The translations under genes and the position numbers were made by a program. Under the pieces are notes generated by a model. The model was not told where the DNA came from and ran no database searches. It saw nothing but the letters and a program-made list of their open reading frames with translations. Shown in pieces: positions 33,157-42,293 of a stretch of 64,000 bases of DNA (positions are counted from its first letter, which is position 1; every line of letters starts with the position of its first letter). Source of the DNA: an uncultured Actinomycetes bacterium (GTDB lineage Bacteria > Actinomycetota > Actinomycetes > S36-B12 > CAIYMF01); NCBI GenBank assembly GCA_963818445.1, contig CAWFSG010000018.1:38639-102638 (forward strand). Reading direction: 5' to 3'.

Positions 33157-36100
33157 TTACCCCGCCTGGCGCTCGCGCATCCGCTGGCTGATCACGTGGG
33201 TGACGCCGTCGCCGCGCATGCTCACCCCGTAGAGCGCGTCGGCGATCTCCATGGTGCGCTTCTGGTGGGTGATCACGATGAGCTGGCTGTTCTCGCGCAG
33301 CTCCTCGAGCACGTCGAGCAGGCGGCCGAGGTTGACGTCGTCGAGGGCGGCCTCGACCTCGTCGAGCACGTAGAACGGGCTCGGACGGGCCTGGAAGAGC
33401 GAGACGAGGAACGCCACTGCCGTCAACGAGCGCTCGCCACCGGACAGCAGCGACAGCCGCTTGATCTTCTTGCCCGGCGGGCGGGCCTCGACCTCGATGC
33501 CCGTGGTGAGCATGTTCTCCGGATCGGTCAGGACCAGCCGGCCCGCGCCCCCGGGGAACAGCCGGGCGAAGACCTGCTCGAACTGTACGGCAACGTCGGC
33601 ATAGGCGGCCGTGAACACCTCCTCGACGCGGGCGTCCACGTCGTTGATGAGGTCGAGCAGGTCCTTGCGTGAGCGCTTGAGGTCATCGAGCTGCTCGGTG
33701 AGGAAGCGGTGGCGCTCCTCGAGGGCGGCGAACTCCTCCAGCGCGAGCGGGTTCACCTTGCCCAGCAGCGCCATGGCCTTCTCGGCGGTCTTCAGCCGGC
33801 GCTCCTGCTCGGCGCGCACGTAGGGGTAGGGGGCAGGTTCGGGCGCGTTGGGGTCCACGTCGTCGCCGGGGGCGCGCAGCGACGGCGGCACCAGCTGGTC
33901 AGGGCCGTAGTCGGCGATGAGGGCGTCGGTCTCGAGGCCGAACTCGCTCATCGCGCGGTTGGCCAGGTTCTCGATCCGCAGGCGCTGCTCGGCGCGGGCC
34001 ACCTCGTCGCGGTGCACGGACGAGGTCAGCTCCTCGAGGTCGGCGGACAGGCCACGGATCCGGGCGCGCAACTCGGAGAGCTCGGCGTCGGAGGCTGCGC
34101 GTGCCTGTTCGGCCGCGGTGCGCGCCTCGGCGGCGGCGACCACGGACGCGTCGAGCCGGGTCAGCACCAGCGCCCCGCCCGCGGCGACCGCCTGGGCCAC
34201 GGCAGCCGCCCGGGCGCGACGCTCCCGGCGCTCGACCGCCCGCCGCCGGGACGTGCGCTCGTTCGCGGCCGCCCGCTCCAGCTGCTCGGCCCGCCCGGCG
34301 ATGGCCCGCGCGCGCTCCTCGCTGGTGCGCACAGCCAGCCGCGCCTCCACCTCGGCGCGCCGCGCAGCTTCGGCGGCGAGCGCGGCCTCATCGCGCGCGT
34401 CCGGGGAGGGGTCGGCATCGTCCACCGGGTCGGCGCTGGCCCGGTCCATCCGTGCGGCTAGCTCGGCCAGCGTGGCGCGGTCGTCGGCCAGGGCCTGCTC
34501 GGAGGCCGCGAGCATCCGGTCGATCCGCTCGGCCTCGGCCAGGGCGGCCCGCGACTGCTGGCCCAGGTTGCCCAGCTGCTCGGCGACGGCGGCCATCCGC
34601 GCGTCGGACTCATGCAGTCGGTCCAGGGCCTCGTCGCTGGCCCTGGCGGCGGACTCACGCTCGGTCCGCAGCGCGGCCAGCTCGAACCGGAGCCGCTCGG
34701 CGTCGTGCACGGCCGTCGCGAGCTCGGTGCGTGCCTGCTCCAGGGATGCAGTGACCTCGATCCGGCTGGGCGCGGCCTGCGAGCCGCCGACGACCAGGCC
34801 GCGGCCGACCAGGTCCCCGGTGCGCGTCACCACGAGCAGCCCCGGCACGGATCCGGCGACGTCGAGGGCCGCGGAGAGGTCCCCGTCCACGACGGCGACC
34901 CGGTCGAGCAGGGCGGTCAGCGCAGGGGCAGCCGAGCCGTCACTGGTCACGCACTCAAGGGCGTACCGCACCCCCGCGGGAAGCGACGGCCATGCCGTGC
35001 GATCCGTCGCGCCCAGCTCCGGGACGAGCACCGCGGCGCGTCCACGGTCGTCGGCGGCCAGCCATTCCAGGGCGGCCAGTGCCGATCCGGCCCCATCTGC
35101 CAGCGCGGCATCAGCGGCCGCGCCGAGGGCCGCACCGATCGCGACCTCGTAGCCGGGCTCGACGCGCAGGGTGGCGGCCAACGAGCCGGACACGCCCGGC
35201 ACCGCTCCCCCGGCCAGCTCCCCGGAGGCGTCGGCCACGGCGATCATCGGCGCCAGGGCCTCGACGCGTGCGGCCAGCCCGGCGCGGGTCCGCTCCACCT
35301 GCGACTCGCGGGCAGCCAGCTCGGCGATCCGGTCATCGATGGCGGTGAGGGCGGCCTGCGCGGACTCGAAGCCCGAGTCGAGGTCGACTTCGCCCTCGTC
35401 GAGCCCGGCGATCGACGCCTCCAGGGTGCGGAAGTCATGATCGGCCTTCGTGGCGCGCTCCCTGGCCGCCTGCACCTGGCCGCGCAGGCGCTCGATCTCG
35501 CTGGCCCGGGCCTCGGCGCGTGAGCGTGCGGCGTTGACCTGCCCCTGCAGGCGGACCACACCCTCGCGCCGGTCGGAGGCCGCACGAACGGCGGCCCGCA
35601 GCTCCTGCTCCGCGGTGGCCAGAGCCGCCTCCGCCGCGGTGCGCACGGACACGGCCATGCTCAGGGCGGCCCGCTGCTCCTCGACGGCACGGTTGAGGTC
35701 GGCCTCCTGGCTGCGCATCGCGCGGGACTCGTTCTCCATGTCCTCCGGTGCTCGCCCGCGCCGCTCCTCCTCGGGCTCGGGCGCAAGGCTGCGGACCCGC
35801 TCGGAAGCCATGCCCACGGTGCCGGCCAGCCGCTCGCGCAGTCCCGACAGGGCGAACCAGGTCTCCTGGGCCGCGGTCAACGCCGGGGCGTCGGCCATGG
35901 CGGCCGCCTCGCGGACGGCCTCGGCGGACTGGGCGTTGGCCAGCTCGGCCTCCACGAGCGCCCGGCGCTCACGGACCGCCGACTCGTCGGCGACCTCCTG
36001 CTCGTACTGCGAGGTCAGTGTGTGCAGGTCGTCGGCGAGCAGCCGCAGCGCGGCGTCGCGGACATCGGTCTGGATGACGCTCGCCCGTCGGGCGACCTCG

Positions 36101-36726
36101 GCCTGCTTGCCCAAGGGCGTGAGCTGGCGACGCAGCTCGGTGGTGAGGTCCTGCACGCGCGTGAGGTTGGCCTGCATCGCGTCGAGCTTGCGAACCGCCC
36201 GCTCCTTGCGCTTGCGGTGCTTGAGGACGCCCGCGGCCTCCTCGATGAACCCGCGGCGCTCCTCAGGGGTGGCGTGCAGGATCTGGTCGAGCTGCCCCTG
36301 CCCGACGATCACGTGCATCTCGCGGCCGATGCCCGAGTCACTCAGCAATTCCTGGATGTCGAGCAGGCGGCAGGCGGTGCCGTTGATGGAGTACTCCGAG
36401 CCACCGGAGCGGAACATCACCCGGGAGATCGTGACCTCCGAGTAGTCGATCGGCAGGGCCCCGTCGGAGTTGTCGATGGTCAGTGACACCTCGGCCCGCC
36501 CGAGCGGGGCGCGCCCGGACGTCCCGGCGAAGATGACGTCCTCCATCTTGCCGCCGCGCAGGCTCTTGGCCCCCTGTTCGCCCATGACCCAGGCCAGGGC
36601 GTCGACGACGTTGGACTTGCCCGAACCGTTGGGGCCCACGACGCACGTCACGCCCGGCTCGAAGGCCAGGGTCGTCGACGACGCGAAGGACTTGAAGCCC
36701 TTGACGTTCAGGCTCTTGAGATGCAC
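33157..36726 (-). CDS. smc: chromosome segregation protein SMC
   Basis: 1189 aa with N-terminal Walker A GPNGSGKSN, long coiled coils with a hinge, and a C-terminal LSGGE signature plus Walker B. Confidence 0.95.
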   Translation of the reverse strand: MHLKSLNVKGFKSFASSTTLAFEPGVTCVVGPNGSGKSNVVDALAWVMGEQGAKSLRGGKMEDVIFAGTSGRAPLGRAEVSLTIDNSDGALPIDYSEVTISRVMFRSGGSEYSINGTACRLLDIQELLSDSGIGREMHVIVGQGQLDQILHATPEERRGFIEEAAGVLKHRKRKERAVRKLDAMQANLTRVQDLTTELRRQLTPLGKQAEVARRASVIQTDVRDAALRLLADDLHTLTSQYEQEVADESAVRERRALVEAELANAQSAEAVREAAAMADAPALTAAQETWFALSGLRERLAGTVGMASERVRSLAPEPEEERRGRAPEDMENESRAMRSQEADLNRAVEEQRAALSMAVSVRTAAEAALATAEQELRAAVRAASDRREGVVRLQGQVNAARSRAEARASEIERLRGQVQAARERATKADHDFRTLEASIAGLDEGEVDLDSGFESAQAALTAIDDRIAELAARESQVERTRAGLAARVEALAPMIAVADASGELAGGAVPGVSGSLAATLRVEPGYEVAIGAALGAAADAALADGAGSALAALEWLAADDRGRAAVLVPELGATDRTAWPSLPAGVRYALECVTSDGSAAPALTALLDRVAVVDGDLSAALDVAGSVPGLLVVTRTGDLVGRGLVVGGSQAAPSRIEVTASLEQARTELATAVHDAERLRFELAALRTERESAARASDEALDRLHESDARMAAVAEQLGNLGQQSRAALAEAERIDRMLAASEQALADDRATLAELAARMDRASADPVDDADPSPDARDEAALAAEAARRAEVEARLAVRTSEERARAIAGRAEQLERAAANERTSRRRAVERRERRARAAAVAQAVAAGGALVLTRLDASVVAAAEARTAAEQARAASDAELSELRARIRGLSADLEELTSSVHRDEVARAEQRLRIENLANRAMSEFGLETDALIADYGPDQLVPPSLRAPGDDVDPNAPEPAPYPYVRAEQERRLKTAEKAMALLGKVNPLALEEFAALEERHRFLTEQLDDLKRSRKDLLDLINDVDARVEEVFTAAYADVAVQFEQVFARLFPGGAGRLVLTDPENMLTTGIEVEARPPGKKIKRLSLLSGGERSLTAVAFLVSLFQARPSPFYVLDEVEAALDDVNLGRLLDVLEELRENSQLIVITHQKRTMEIADALYGVSMRGDGVTHVISQRMRERQAG

Positions 36727-36776
36727 GGACCGAAACCTACGCGATGCGGCGCCTCACACCCGGCAACGGCCGCGCT

Positions 36777-36968
36777 TCAGACGAGGGCGGTGTCCTGCGA
36801 CGTCAGCAGCGCGAGGTCCAGGTCATGATCGGCGAAGTCGACGCGCTCGGCCCGGCGCAACTCGGCGAGCTCGGCCTCCAGCTGGCGGACCCGGGCCCGC
36901 AGGGTTGCCAACTCCGCTGCCGTCCGCGGATCAGGACCACCCAGGACGCCGTAGATCGCCTTGCCCAT
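36777..36968 (-). CDS. hypothetical 63-aa coiled-coil protein
   Basis: ATG at 36968, high third-position GC, and the heptad-like segment AELATLRARVRQLEAELAELRRAE. It lies between acyP and smc. Confidence 0.45.
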   Translation of the reverse strand: MGKAIYGVLGGPDPRTAAELATLRARVRQLEAELAELRRAERVDFADHDLDLALLTSQDTALV

Positions 36969-37093
36969 CGCAACTCCTGCCCATCGGGGCCCCATCCGGA
37001 CCGTCTTCAAGGGTGACAGCCGGAGGGGCGTCGGGTCAAGCGCTGCGATATGTCGAATCGATATGTCACGGGCCGCCGGGACCTGGCCGGGCC

Positions 37094-37402
37094 TCACCTG
37101 CAGGTGAACGACCGGAACCCGCCCTGGGCCGGGCCCCAGTGGGCGTCCACGAACTCCACGCGCCCCGGGCGACGCACGGTCCGGGGGCCGTTGCCGGTCA
37201 ACCAGTCCAGGACCTTCTGGCAGGAGGCCTCGGGCCCCTCGGCGATCACCCGGACGTCGCCGTTGGGGAGGTTCTCGGCGACGCCGACGAGCTTCATGGT
37301 CTGGGCCAGCGCCATCGTCGACCACCGGAACCCGACCCCTTGGACGTAGCCCTGGACGGTCGCGGTGAGCCGGACCGGCGGGTCGGGTGAGGACTGCTCC
37401 AC
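37094..37402 (-). CDS. acyP: acylphosphatase
   Basis: 102 aa containing the V.G.VQGVGFR motif (VQGYVQGVGFRW). Confidence 0.85.
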   Translation of the reverse strand: MEQSSPDPPVRLTATVQGYVQGVGFRWSTMALAQTMKLVGVAENLPNGDVRVIAEGPEASCQKVLDWLTGNGPRTVRRPGRVEFVDAHWGPAQGGFRSFTCR

Positions 37403-37406
37403 GCCC

Positions 37407-38315
37407 CTAGTGTGGCAAGCGCGGCGGCCGCTGACACGCCGGGCAGAAGTGGCTGGAGCGGTTCATGAAGTGCTCGCGGACGATCTGCGCCCCGCACCGG
37501 GGGCAGGGCAGGCCCGCCCGGCCGTAGACGGCCAGCCCGCGTCCGTAGTAGCCGCTCTCCCCGTTGACGTTCACGTACAGGCTGTCGAAGGACGTCCCGC
37601 CCTCGGCCAGCGACGCCGCCATCACCGCCGTGGCCTCCTCGAGCACGCCGACCAGCGTGCCGACACTGAGCCGGTCCGCGCGCCGCCGCGGGTGCACCCC
37701 CGCGGCCCAGAGCGCCTCGTCGGCGTAGATGTTGCCGATGCCCGAGACCAGGTTCTGGGCCAGGAGCAGCCTCTTGACCTCCACACGATGGCTGCGCATC
37801 GCCCGCGCCACAGCACGGACGTCGAAGGCGGGGTCCATGGGATCGGGAGCGATGTCACGCACGAGGTCCGGAACGGGAACGCCGAGTGGATCAGCAACCA
37901 CCGGGGACGCGGCCAGCCAGCCGAAGGTCCGCTGGTCCAGGAACCAGAGGTGGCGCTCACCGAGGTCGAAGTGCGCCCGCGCATGCCGGTGCGGCCTCCC
38001 CGCGCTGTCCTCACCCTCACCGCCGATGTCCAGCGCCGGGCTCCCCGTGGCCGACTCCACGCGGAACTGCCCGCTCATGCCCAGGTGGGCGGCCAGCACG
38101 AGGTCGGGGTCATCGGTGACCAGCCAGAGGAACTTGCCGCGCCGCCCGGTCCCGGTGAGCGTGCGTCCGGTCAGGACCGACTCGAAGTGGGCGGATCCCT
38201 GCACCTGGCGGCGCACGGCTCGCGGGTGCAGGGCCTCGACCCGGTGGATCCGCTGGTCGAGCACGTGGGCGGCCAGTCCCCGGCGCACGACCTCCACCTC
38301 GGGCAGCTCGGGCAT
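37407..38315 (-). CDS. mutM: formamidopyrimidine-DNA glycosylase
   Basis: [15 protein letters not shown]-terminus and a C-terminal zinc finger (CPRCG...FCPACQ). Confidence 0.9.
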   Translation of the reverse strand: MPELPEVEVVRRGLAAHVLDQRIHRVEALHPRAVRRQVQGSAHFESVLTGRTLTGTGRRGKFLWLVTDDPDLVLAAHLGMSGQFRVESATGSPALDIGGEGEDSAGRPHRHARAHFDLGERHLWFLDQRTFGWLAASPVVADPLGVPVPDLVRDIAPDPMDPAFDVRAVARAMRSHRVEVKRLLLAQNLVSGIGNIYADEALWAAGVHPRRRADRLSVGTLVGVLEEATAVMAASLAEGGTSFDSLYVNVNGESGYYGRGLAVYGRAGLPCPRCGAQIVREHFMNRSSHFCPACQRPPRLPH

Positions 38316-39055
38316 CAGCCGGTGGCGTACTCGGGGTGCGCCGAGAGCAGGGCCTCATACGCAGCCGCTGCTGCCATCTGCTCGGCAACCTTCTTCGAGG
38401 GCCCGATGCCCTCTCCGATCACCGAGTCGCCGACCGTGACCACGGCGGCGAAGTGCTTCGCGTGGTCCGGACCTGTGGCGCTGACCTCGTAGCACGGCAC
38501 GCCCACGCCGGTCCGCGAGCCCAGCTCCTGCAGGGAGGTCTTCCAGTCCAGGCCGGCCCCCATTCCGGCGGCGAGCTCCATCCGCTCGTCGAGCAGGCGA
38601 TGCACGAGATCCCCGGCGGCCTCCAGGCCCAGGTCGAGGTACACGGCACCGAGGATGGCCTCCATGGCGTCGGCCAGGATCGAGCTCTTGTCCCGGCCCC
38701 CGGTGGTCTGCTCGCCGCGGCCCAGGAGCATGAACTCCCCGACGCCCAGCTCACGCGCGACCTCAGCCAGCGTGCGCGCGTTCACGACCGCCGCCCGGTA
38801 CTTGGCCAGCCGGCTCTCAGGGACGTCAGGATGGGCGTGGTAGAGGGCGTCGGTGACCACGATCCCCAGGACCGCGTCGCCGAGGAACTCCAGGCGCTCG
38901 TTGTGCGGGAGCCCACCGTTCTCGTAGGCGTAGGACCGGTGGGTCAGGGCATGGCGAAGCGCCCCGTGGTCAATGGTGACCCCGAGGCGCTCGGCGAGGA
39001 CGTCCAGGTCGTCGCGTGCGGGCAGCCCCACATGCGCAACTGCTCGGTCGGGCAC
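38315..39055 (-). CDS. rnc: ribonuclease III
   Basis: RNase III signature [12 protein letters not shown] plus a dsRBD. The start is GTG 39055 or GTG 39031, because the longer ORF would overlap rpmF. Confidence 0.85.
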   Translation of the reverse strand: MPDRAVAHVGLPARDDLDVLAERLGVTIDHGALRHALTHRSYAYENGGLPHNERLEFLGDAVLGIVVTDALYHAHPDVPESRLAKYRAAVVNARTLAEVARELGVGEFMLLGRGEQTTGGRDKSSILADAMEAILGAVYLDLGLEAAGDLVHRLLDERMELAAGMGAGLDWKTSLQELGSRTGVGVPCYEVSATGPDHAKHFAAVVTVGDSVIGEGIGPSKKVAEQMAAAAAYEALLSAHPEYATG

Positions 39056-39066
39056 CGGCGACGCGA

Positions 39067-39240
39067 TCAGACGTCGAGAACTTGCCGCTTGGCGTAGGTG
39101 CCGCACGTCGGGCACGCAGTGTGCGGCAGCTTCTGCGCGCGGCAGCGGTCGCACGTCACGAGCGTGATCGGGGCGGCCTTCCACTGCGAACGGCGGGCGC
39201 GCGTGTTGGAGCGGGACATCTTCCGCTTCGGAACAGCCAC
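39067..39240 (-). CDS. rpmF: 50S ribosomal protein L32
   Basis: 57 aa from GTG 39240. (M)[20 protein letters not shown] is canonical, and the CxxC...CxxC zinc ribbon is present. Confidence 0.9.
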   Translation of the reverse strand: MAVPKRKMSRSNTRARRSQWKAAPITLVTCDRCRAQKLPHTACPTCGTYAKRQVLDV

Positions 39241-39241
39241 G

Positions 39242-39781
39242 TCAGTCTTCCTTCTCAGTCGTTTCCAGTCCGGCGAGGCCTGCCCACCGGGGGTCGATCC
39301 GGTCATGCGCGTGCGTGGGGTCCTCGGCCAACCGGGCGCCGCACTCCACGCACAACCCGGGGCAGTCGACCCGACACAGTGGCGCCAGCGGAAGGGCCAG
39401 CACCACAGCATCGCGTACGACCGGGTCGAGATCGAGGAAGTCCCCGTCGATGACGGGCAGCTCCTCCTCCTCTTCCGGCCCCGGCTCGTGGAGGTACAGC
39501 TCAGTCAGCGGCACGGTCTGGTCCCATTCGACTGGGTCCAGGCACCGTGCGCACTCACCGCTCACGGTGACCGACGCGGTCCCCGAGACCAGCACACCCT
39601 CCACCACCGCTTCGAAGCGCAGGACCAGCACCAGGTCGGAGCCGGGCTGCACCACAGCCACGCCACCACCGAGGTCGGCGGGTGCGGGGACTGTGCGGTC
39701 CACCTCCATCATCGACCCTGCACGGCGTCCCAGGTCCCGGATATCGAAGACCAGGGGGTCGCGCGGATCGAGGTTGGACAT
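39242..39781 (-). CDS. YceD (DUF177) family protein
   Basis: Acidic protein with the CxxC...C motif (CARCL...CRVDCPGLCVECG) directly upstream of rpmF, the conserved yceD-rpmF pairing. I chose the ATG at 39781. Confidence 0.75.
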   Translation of the reverse strand: MSNLDPRDPLVFDIRDLGRRAGSMMEVDRTVPAPADLGGGVAVVQPGSDLVLVLRFEAVVEGVLVSGTASVTVSGECARCLDPVEWDQTVPLTELYLHEPGPEEEEELPVIDGDFLDLDPVVRDAVVLALPLAPLCRVDCPGLCVECGARLAEDPTHAHDRIDPRWAGLAGLETTEKED

Positions 39782-39943
39782 GGACCTTCCCGATGGCATC
39801 ACACGTGTGGCCCTCAACGTGAGGACCACCGCAGAAGGATACCGCAGGGGCGGTCAGGGGAGGAAATGCACGGAAGTGCCGACGCACTGCCACGGACAGC
39901 GCCCTGCCGCAGCCGGGATCGGGGCCCGAGCCGCGATGTCGAC

Positions 39944-40528
39944 CTACCGGTCGTAGCCGTCGCCCGCGCCGGGGTAGGTGTAGCGCTCGCGGATCCGGTC
40001 ACGGCCCTTCTGCACGGCCGCCAGGGTCTTGGTCAGGCTGGCCTCGAACGCGGCGAACTTGTCCTCCACGTACTGGTCGACCTCCTGACGCATGGCCTCG
40101 GCCTCAGCCACGCCCTGGGCGCGGATCGCATCGGCCTCGGCGAGGGCGACCTGGGTGACCTCATGGGTGCTGACCATGTGGGCCTGTTGGGCGCTGGCCT
40201 GGTCGATGATCGCCTGCGCCTCCCGGGTGCCCTCGGCGAGCATCCGCTCCACCTCACGGTTGGCCTCGGCGACCATCCGCTCGGCCTCCCGGAAGCCCTC
40301 CTCCACCACGCCGACGCGGTCGGCGAGCAGCTCCTCGGCCTCCTGCACGGAGGTGGGCAGCATCTGGCGGATCGCGTCGAGCAGGTCCAGCACCTCGTTG
40401 CGGTTCACGACGCACTTGTCGGACATCGGCATCGCCCGCGCGGCCTCGACGATGTCGGACAGCTCGTCGAGAACCGTGTAGACGTCGGCGGTACGGGGGT
40501 CCGCGGCAGCGACCGGGTCCTGGGTCAT
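39944..40528 (-). CDS. coiled-coil protein, likely ortholog of the mycobacterial Rv2927c (SepIVA)-type DivIVA-related protein
   Basis: 194 aa from ATG 40528, with N-terminal VLDELSDIVEAARAMPMSDKCVVNRNEVLDLLD followed by long Ala/Glu/Arg helices. It sits between coaD and yceD. Family assignment rests on synteny and on my memory of the family. Confidence 0.55.
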   Translation of the reverse strand: MTQDPVAAADPRTADVYTVLDELSDIVEAARAMPMSDKCVVNRNEVLDLLDAIRQMLPTSVQEAEELLADRVGVVEEGFREAERMVAEANREVERMLAEGTREAQAIIDQASAQQAHMVSTHEVTQVALAEADAIRAQGVAEAEAMRQEVDQYVEDKFAAFEASLTKTLAAVQKGRDRIRERYTYPGAGDGYDR

Positions 40529-40542
40529 CGCACTCCTGTAGA

Positions 40543-41025
40543 TCAGTTGGCGGACAGCTTGGCCTGCAGGGCCGTGTGGACCCTCGCGGGGATCAGTCCG
40601 CTGACATCCCCACCATACGTCGCGACCTCCTTGACCAACGAGGACGACAGGTACGAGTAGAGCGGATTGGTGGAGATGAACAGGGTCTCGATGCCCGCCA
40701 GGCCGAAGTTCATCTGGGCCATCTGCAGCTCGTAGTCGAAGTCGGTGATCGCGCGCAGGCCCTTGACGATCGCGATGATCTCGTTGTCCCGGCAGTAGTC
40801 GACCAGCAACCCGTGGAAGCTGTCGATCCGGATGTTGGGCACATGCGCCAACTCGGCGCCGAGGAGCTCGATGCGCTCCTCGACGCTGAACATCGAGGTC
40901 TTCTTCTTGTTCACCAGGACACCGACGGTGACCTCGTCGAAGAGCGCCGACGCGCGCATGAACACATCGATGTGTCCGTTGGTGACCGGATCGAACGATC
41001 CCGGGCATACCGCTCTGCGCATCAT
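40543..41025 (-). CDS. coaD: phosphopantetheine adenylyltransferase
   Basis: RAVCPGSFDPVTNGHIDV motif. The start ATG at 41025/41022 overlaps the rsmD stop. Confidence 0.9.
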   Translation of the reverse strand: MMRRAVCPGSFDPVTNGHIDVFMRASALFDEVTVGVLVNKKKTSMFSVEERIELLGAELAHVPNIRIDSFHGLLVDYCRDNEIIAIVKGLRAITDFDYELQMAQMNFGLAGIETLFISTNPLYSYLSSSLVKEVATYGGDVSGLIPARVHTALQAKLSAN

Positions 41026-41591
41026 GGGTCCTCTCCATCGGACGCGCACTGACCGTACCAAAGGGTCGTGGCCCCGTAGGCCCTCTGGCGCAACGCCACG
41101 AGGCCCGGTGGCCAGCGGAACTCGCCGCCGCGGGTGGCACGCTCCACCATGACAACGGCATCGGGGGCCAGCCAGCCTCTGGTGAGCGCGGCCAGGAACG
41201 CTTCCACCTCGGGGGCTGGCATCGCGTACGGCGGGTCGGCGAGCACGAGATCGAACGGCTCGGGTGGACCGGCCAGGTGCGCGGCCACTGAGGCCACGAC
41301 GACGCGGACGCCGGGCAGTCCGACGGTCTCGGCGTTGGTGCGCGCCACGGCGGCGCTGGGTCGGTCGCGCTCCACGAGCACCACGACGGCCGCTCCCCTG
41401 CTGGCAGCTTCAAGGCCGAGCGCACCGGACCCGGCGAACAGGTCCAGCACCCGGGCGCCGACGAAGCCGCCGAGCATGTGGTCCAACGAGGCGAACATCG
41501 ACTCACGGACGCGGTCGGTCGTCGGGCGGGCGCCACCCGAGGGGACGGCGAGCCGCCGACCACGGGCGGTTCCGGCGATGATCCTGGTCAC
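41022..41591 (-). CDS. rsmD: 16S rRNA (guanine966-N2)-methyltransferase RsmD
   Basis: 189 aa with RPTTDRVRESMF, LDLFAGSGALGLEA and the DPPY motif. Confidence 0.85.
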   Translation of the reverse strand: MTRIIAGTARGRRLAVPSGGARPTTDRVRESMFASLDHMLGGFVGARVLDLFAGSGALGLEAASRGAAVVVLVERDRPSAAVARTNAETVGLPGVRVVVASVAAHLAGPPEPFDLVLADPPYAMPAPEVEAFLAALTRGWLAPDAVVMVERATRGGEFRWPPGLVALRQRAYGATTLWYGQCASDGEDP

Positions 41592-41766
41592 GACGTCCCG
41601 CCCTCACGCAGCGTCGATGCCGGCCAGACCGGAACCGACTCCCCCGATCGACGATCGACATGGGAGGAAGCATGACCCAGCCGCTTCCGCCAGCCCTCAC
41701 CGACACCCCGCACAGGACGGGCCCTTCGGCCCTGTGCCGGCACAGGGCCTGCCCCTAGCGTTGAAC

Positions 41767-41970
41767 GTGGAGTCCTTCGCGAAGGAGGGGCCATGGGAGC
41801 GCACGCGCATTACCCCCAGAGGCAGCGCGCCGCGGTCGGGCCTGCACGCGTCCACATTGCTCAAGTTCCTCATCTGGGTTGCGGTCCTCGCCGCCGCCGT
41901 GTGGTTCATCGGCAGCGTGGTCGGCGGGGAGTTGGGTTCGGCCGTGACTGGGTGGTTCCGGAACTGGTAG
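41767..41970 (+). CDS. candidate small membrane protein (one TM segment); start unresolved
   Basis: This frame has strongly GC-rich third positions and encodes LLKFLIWVAVLAAAVWFIGSVVGG...WFRNW*, but it contains no ATG (candidates are GTG 41767 or TTG starts). The good SD+ATG at 41782..41795 is in a different frame. Confidence 0.35.
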   Translation: MESFAKEGPWERTRITPRGSAPRSGLHASTLLKFLIWVAVLAAAVWFIGSVVGGELGSAVTGWFRNW

Positions 41971-41993
41971 CCGGCATCGGCGGTTCCGGAACG

Positions 41994-42017
41994 CAGCCGC
42001 TGCTGCCTCAGCGGCTG
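41994..42017. terminator. hairpin CAGCCGCTG-ctgcct-CAGCGGCTG between convergent small ORFs
   Basis: 9-bp perfect stem read directly. It overlaps the stop codon of the minus-strand 77-aa ORF and lies 24 nt past the plus-strand small ORF. Confidence 0.5.
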
Positions 42018-42241
42018 TGCTGTCGCCGCCACGAGCGGTGACGCTGCGTGGGCATCGGGCGGGCGACTTGCAGGCGCTCCTGCAGTTGCAGTGCCTCGAG
42101 TTCGATCTCGCGGATCTCCTTGTCCAGGACCTCCACGTCGGCACCGTGATCGCGGATCATCTGCGGATCAATGCCCTTGCCGGGTTGCGACCCATCCATC
42201 GAGGCCACCTCCTGCACCTCACGATACGCCTCCGGCGCCAT
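42008..42241 (-). CDS. hypothetical 77-aa protein downstream of recG
   Basis: ATG at 42241, high third-position GC, and a coiled-coil-like segment DVEVLDKEIREIELEALQLQERLQ with a basic C-terminus. Confidence 0.4.
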   Translation of the reverse strand: MAPEAYREVQEVASMDGSQPGKGIDPQMIRDHGADVEVLDKEIREIELEALQLQERLQVARPMPTQRHRSWRRQHSR

Positions 42242-42293
42242 GACGGTCCGGTCGGCGGCAGGTGCGGCCAGTGAGGATCGGGGCGGCCGGGAC

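Noticed and set aside
36744-36772. Third copy of the CCTCACGCCCGG palindromic element
   Set aside because: Only one arm matches (GCGCCTCACACCCGG, one mismatch) and there is no complementary arm nearby, so it could be chance in a GC-rich genome.
39944-41563. 539-aa minus-strand ORF spanning the coaD and rsmD region
   Set aside because: Only its last 194 codons (39944..40528) give a sensible protein. Upstream it runs through coaD and rsmD in the wrong frame with an Arg/Pro-rich translation.
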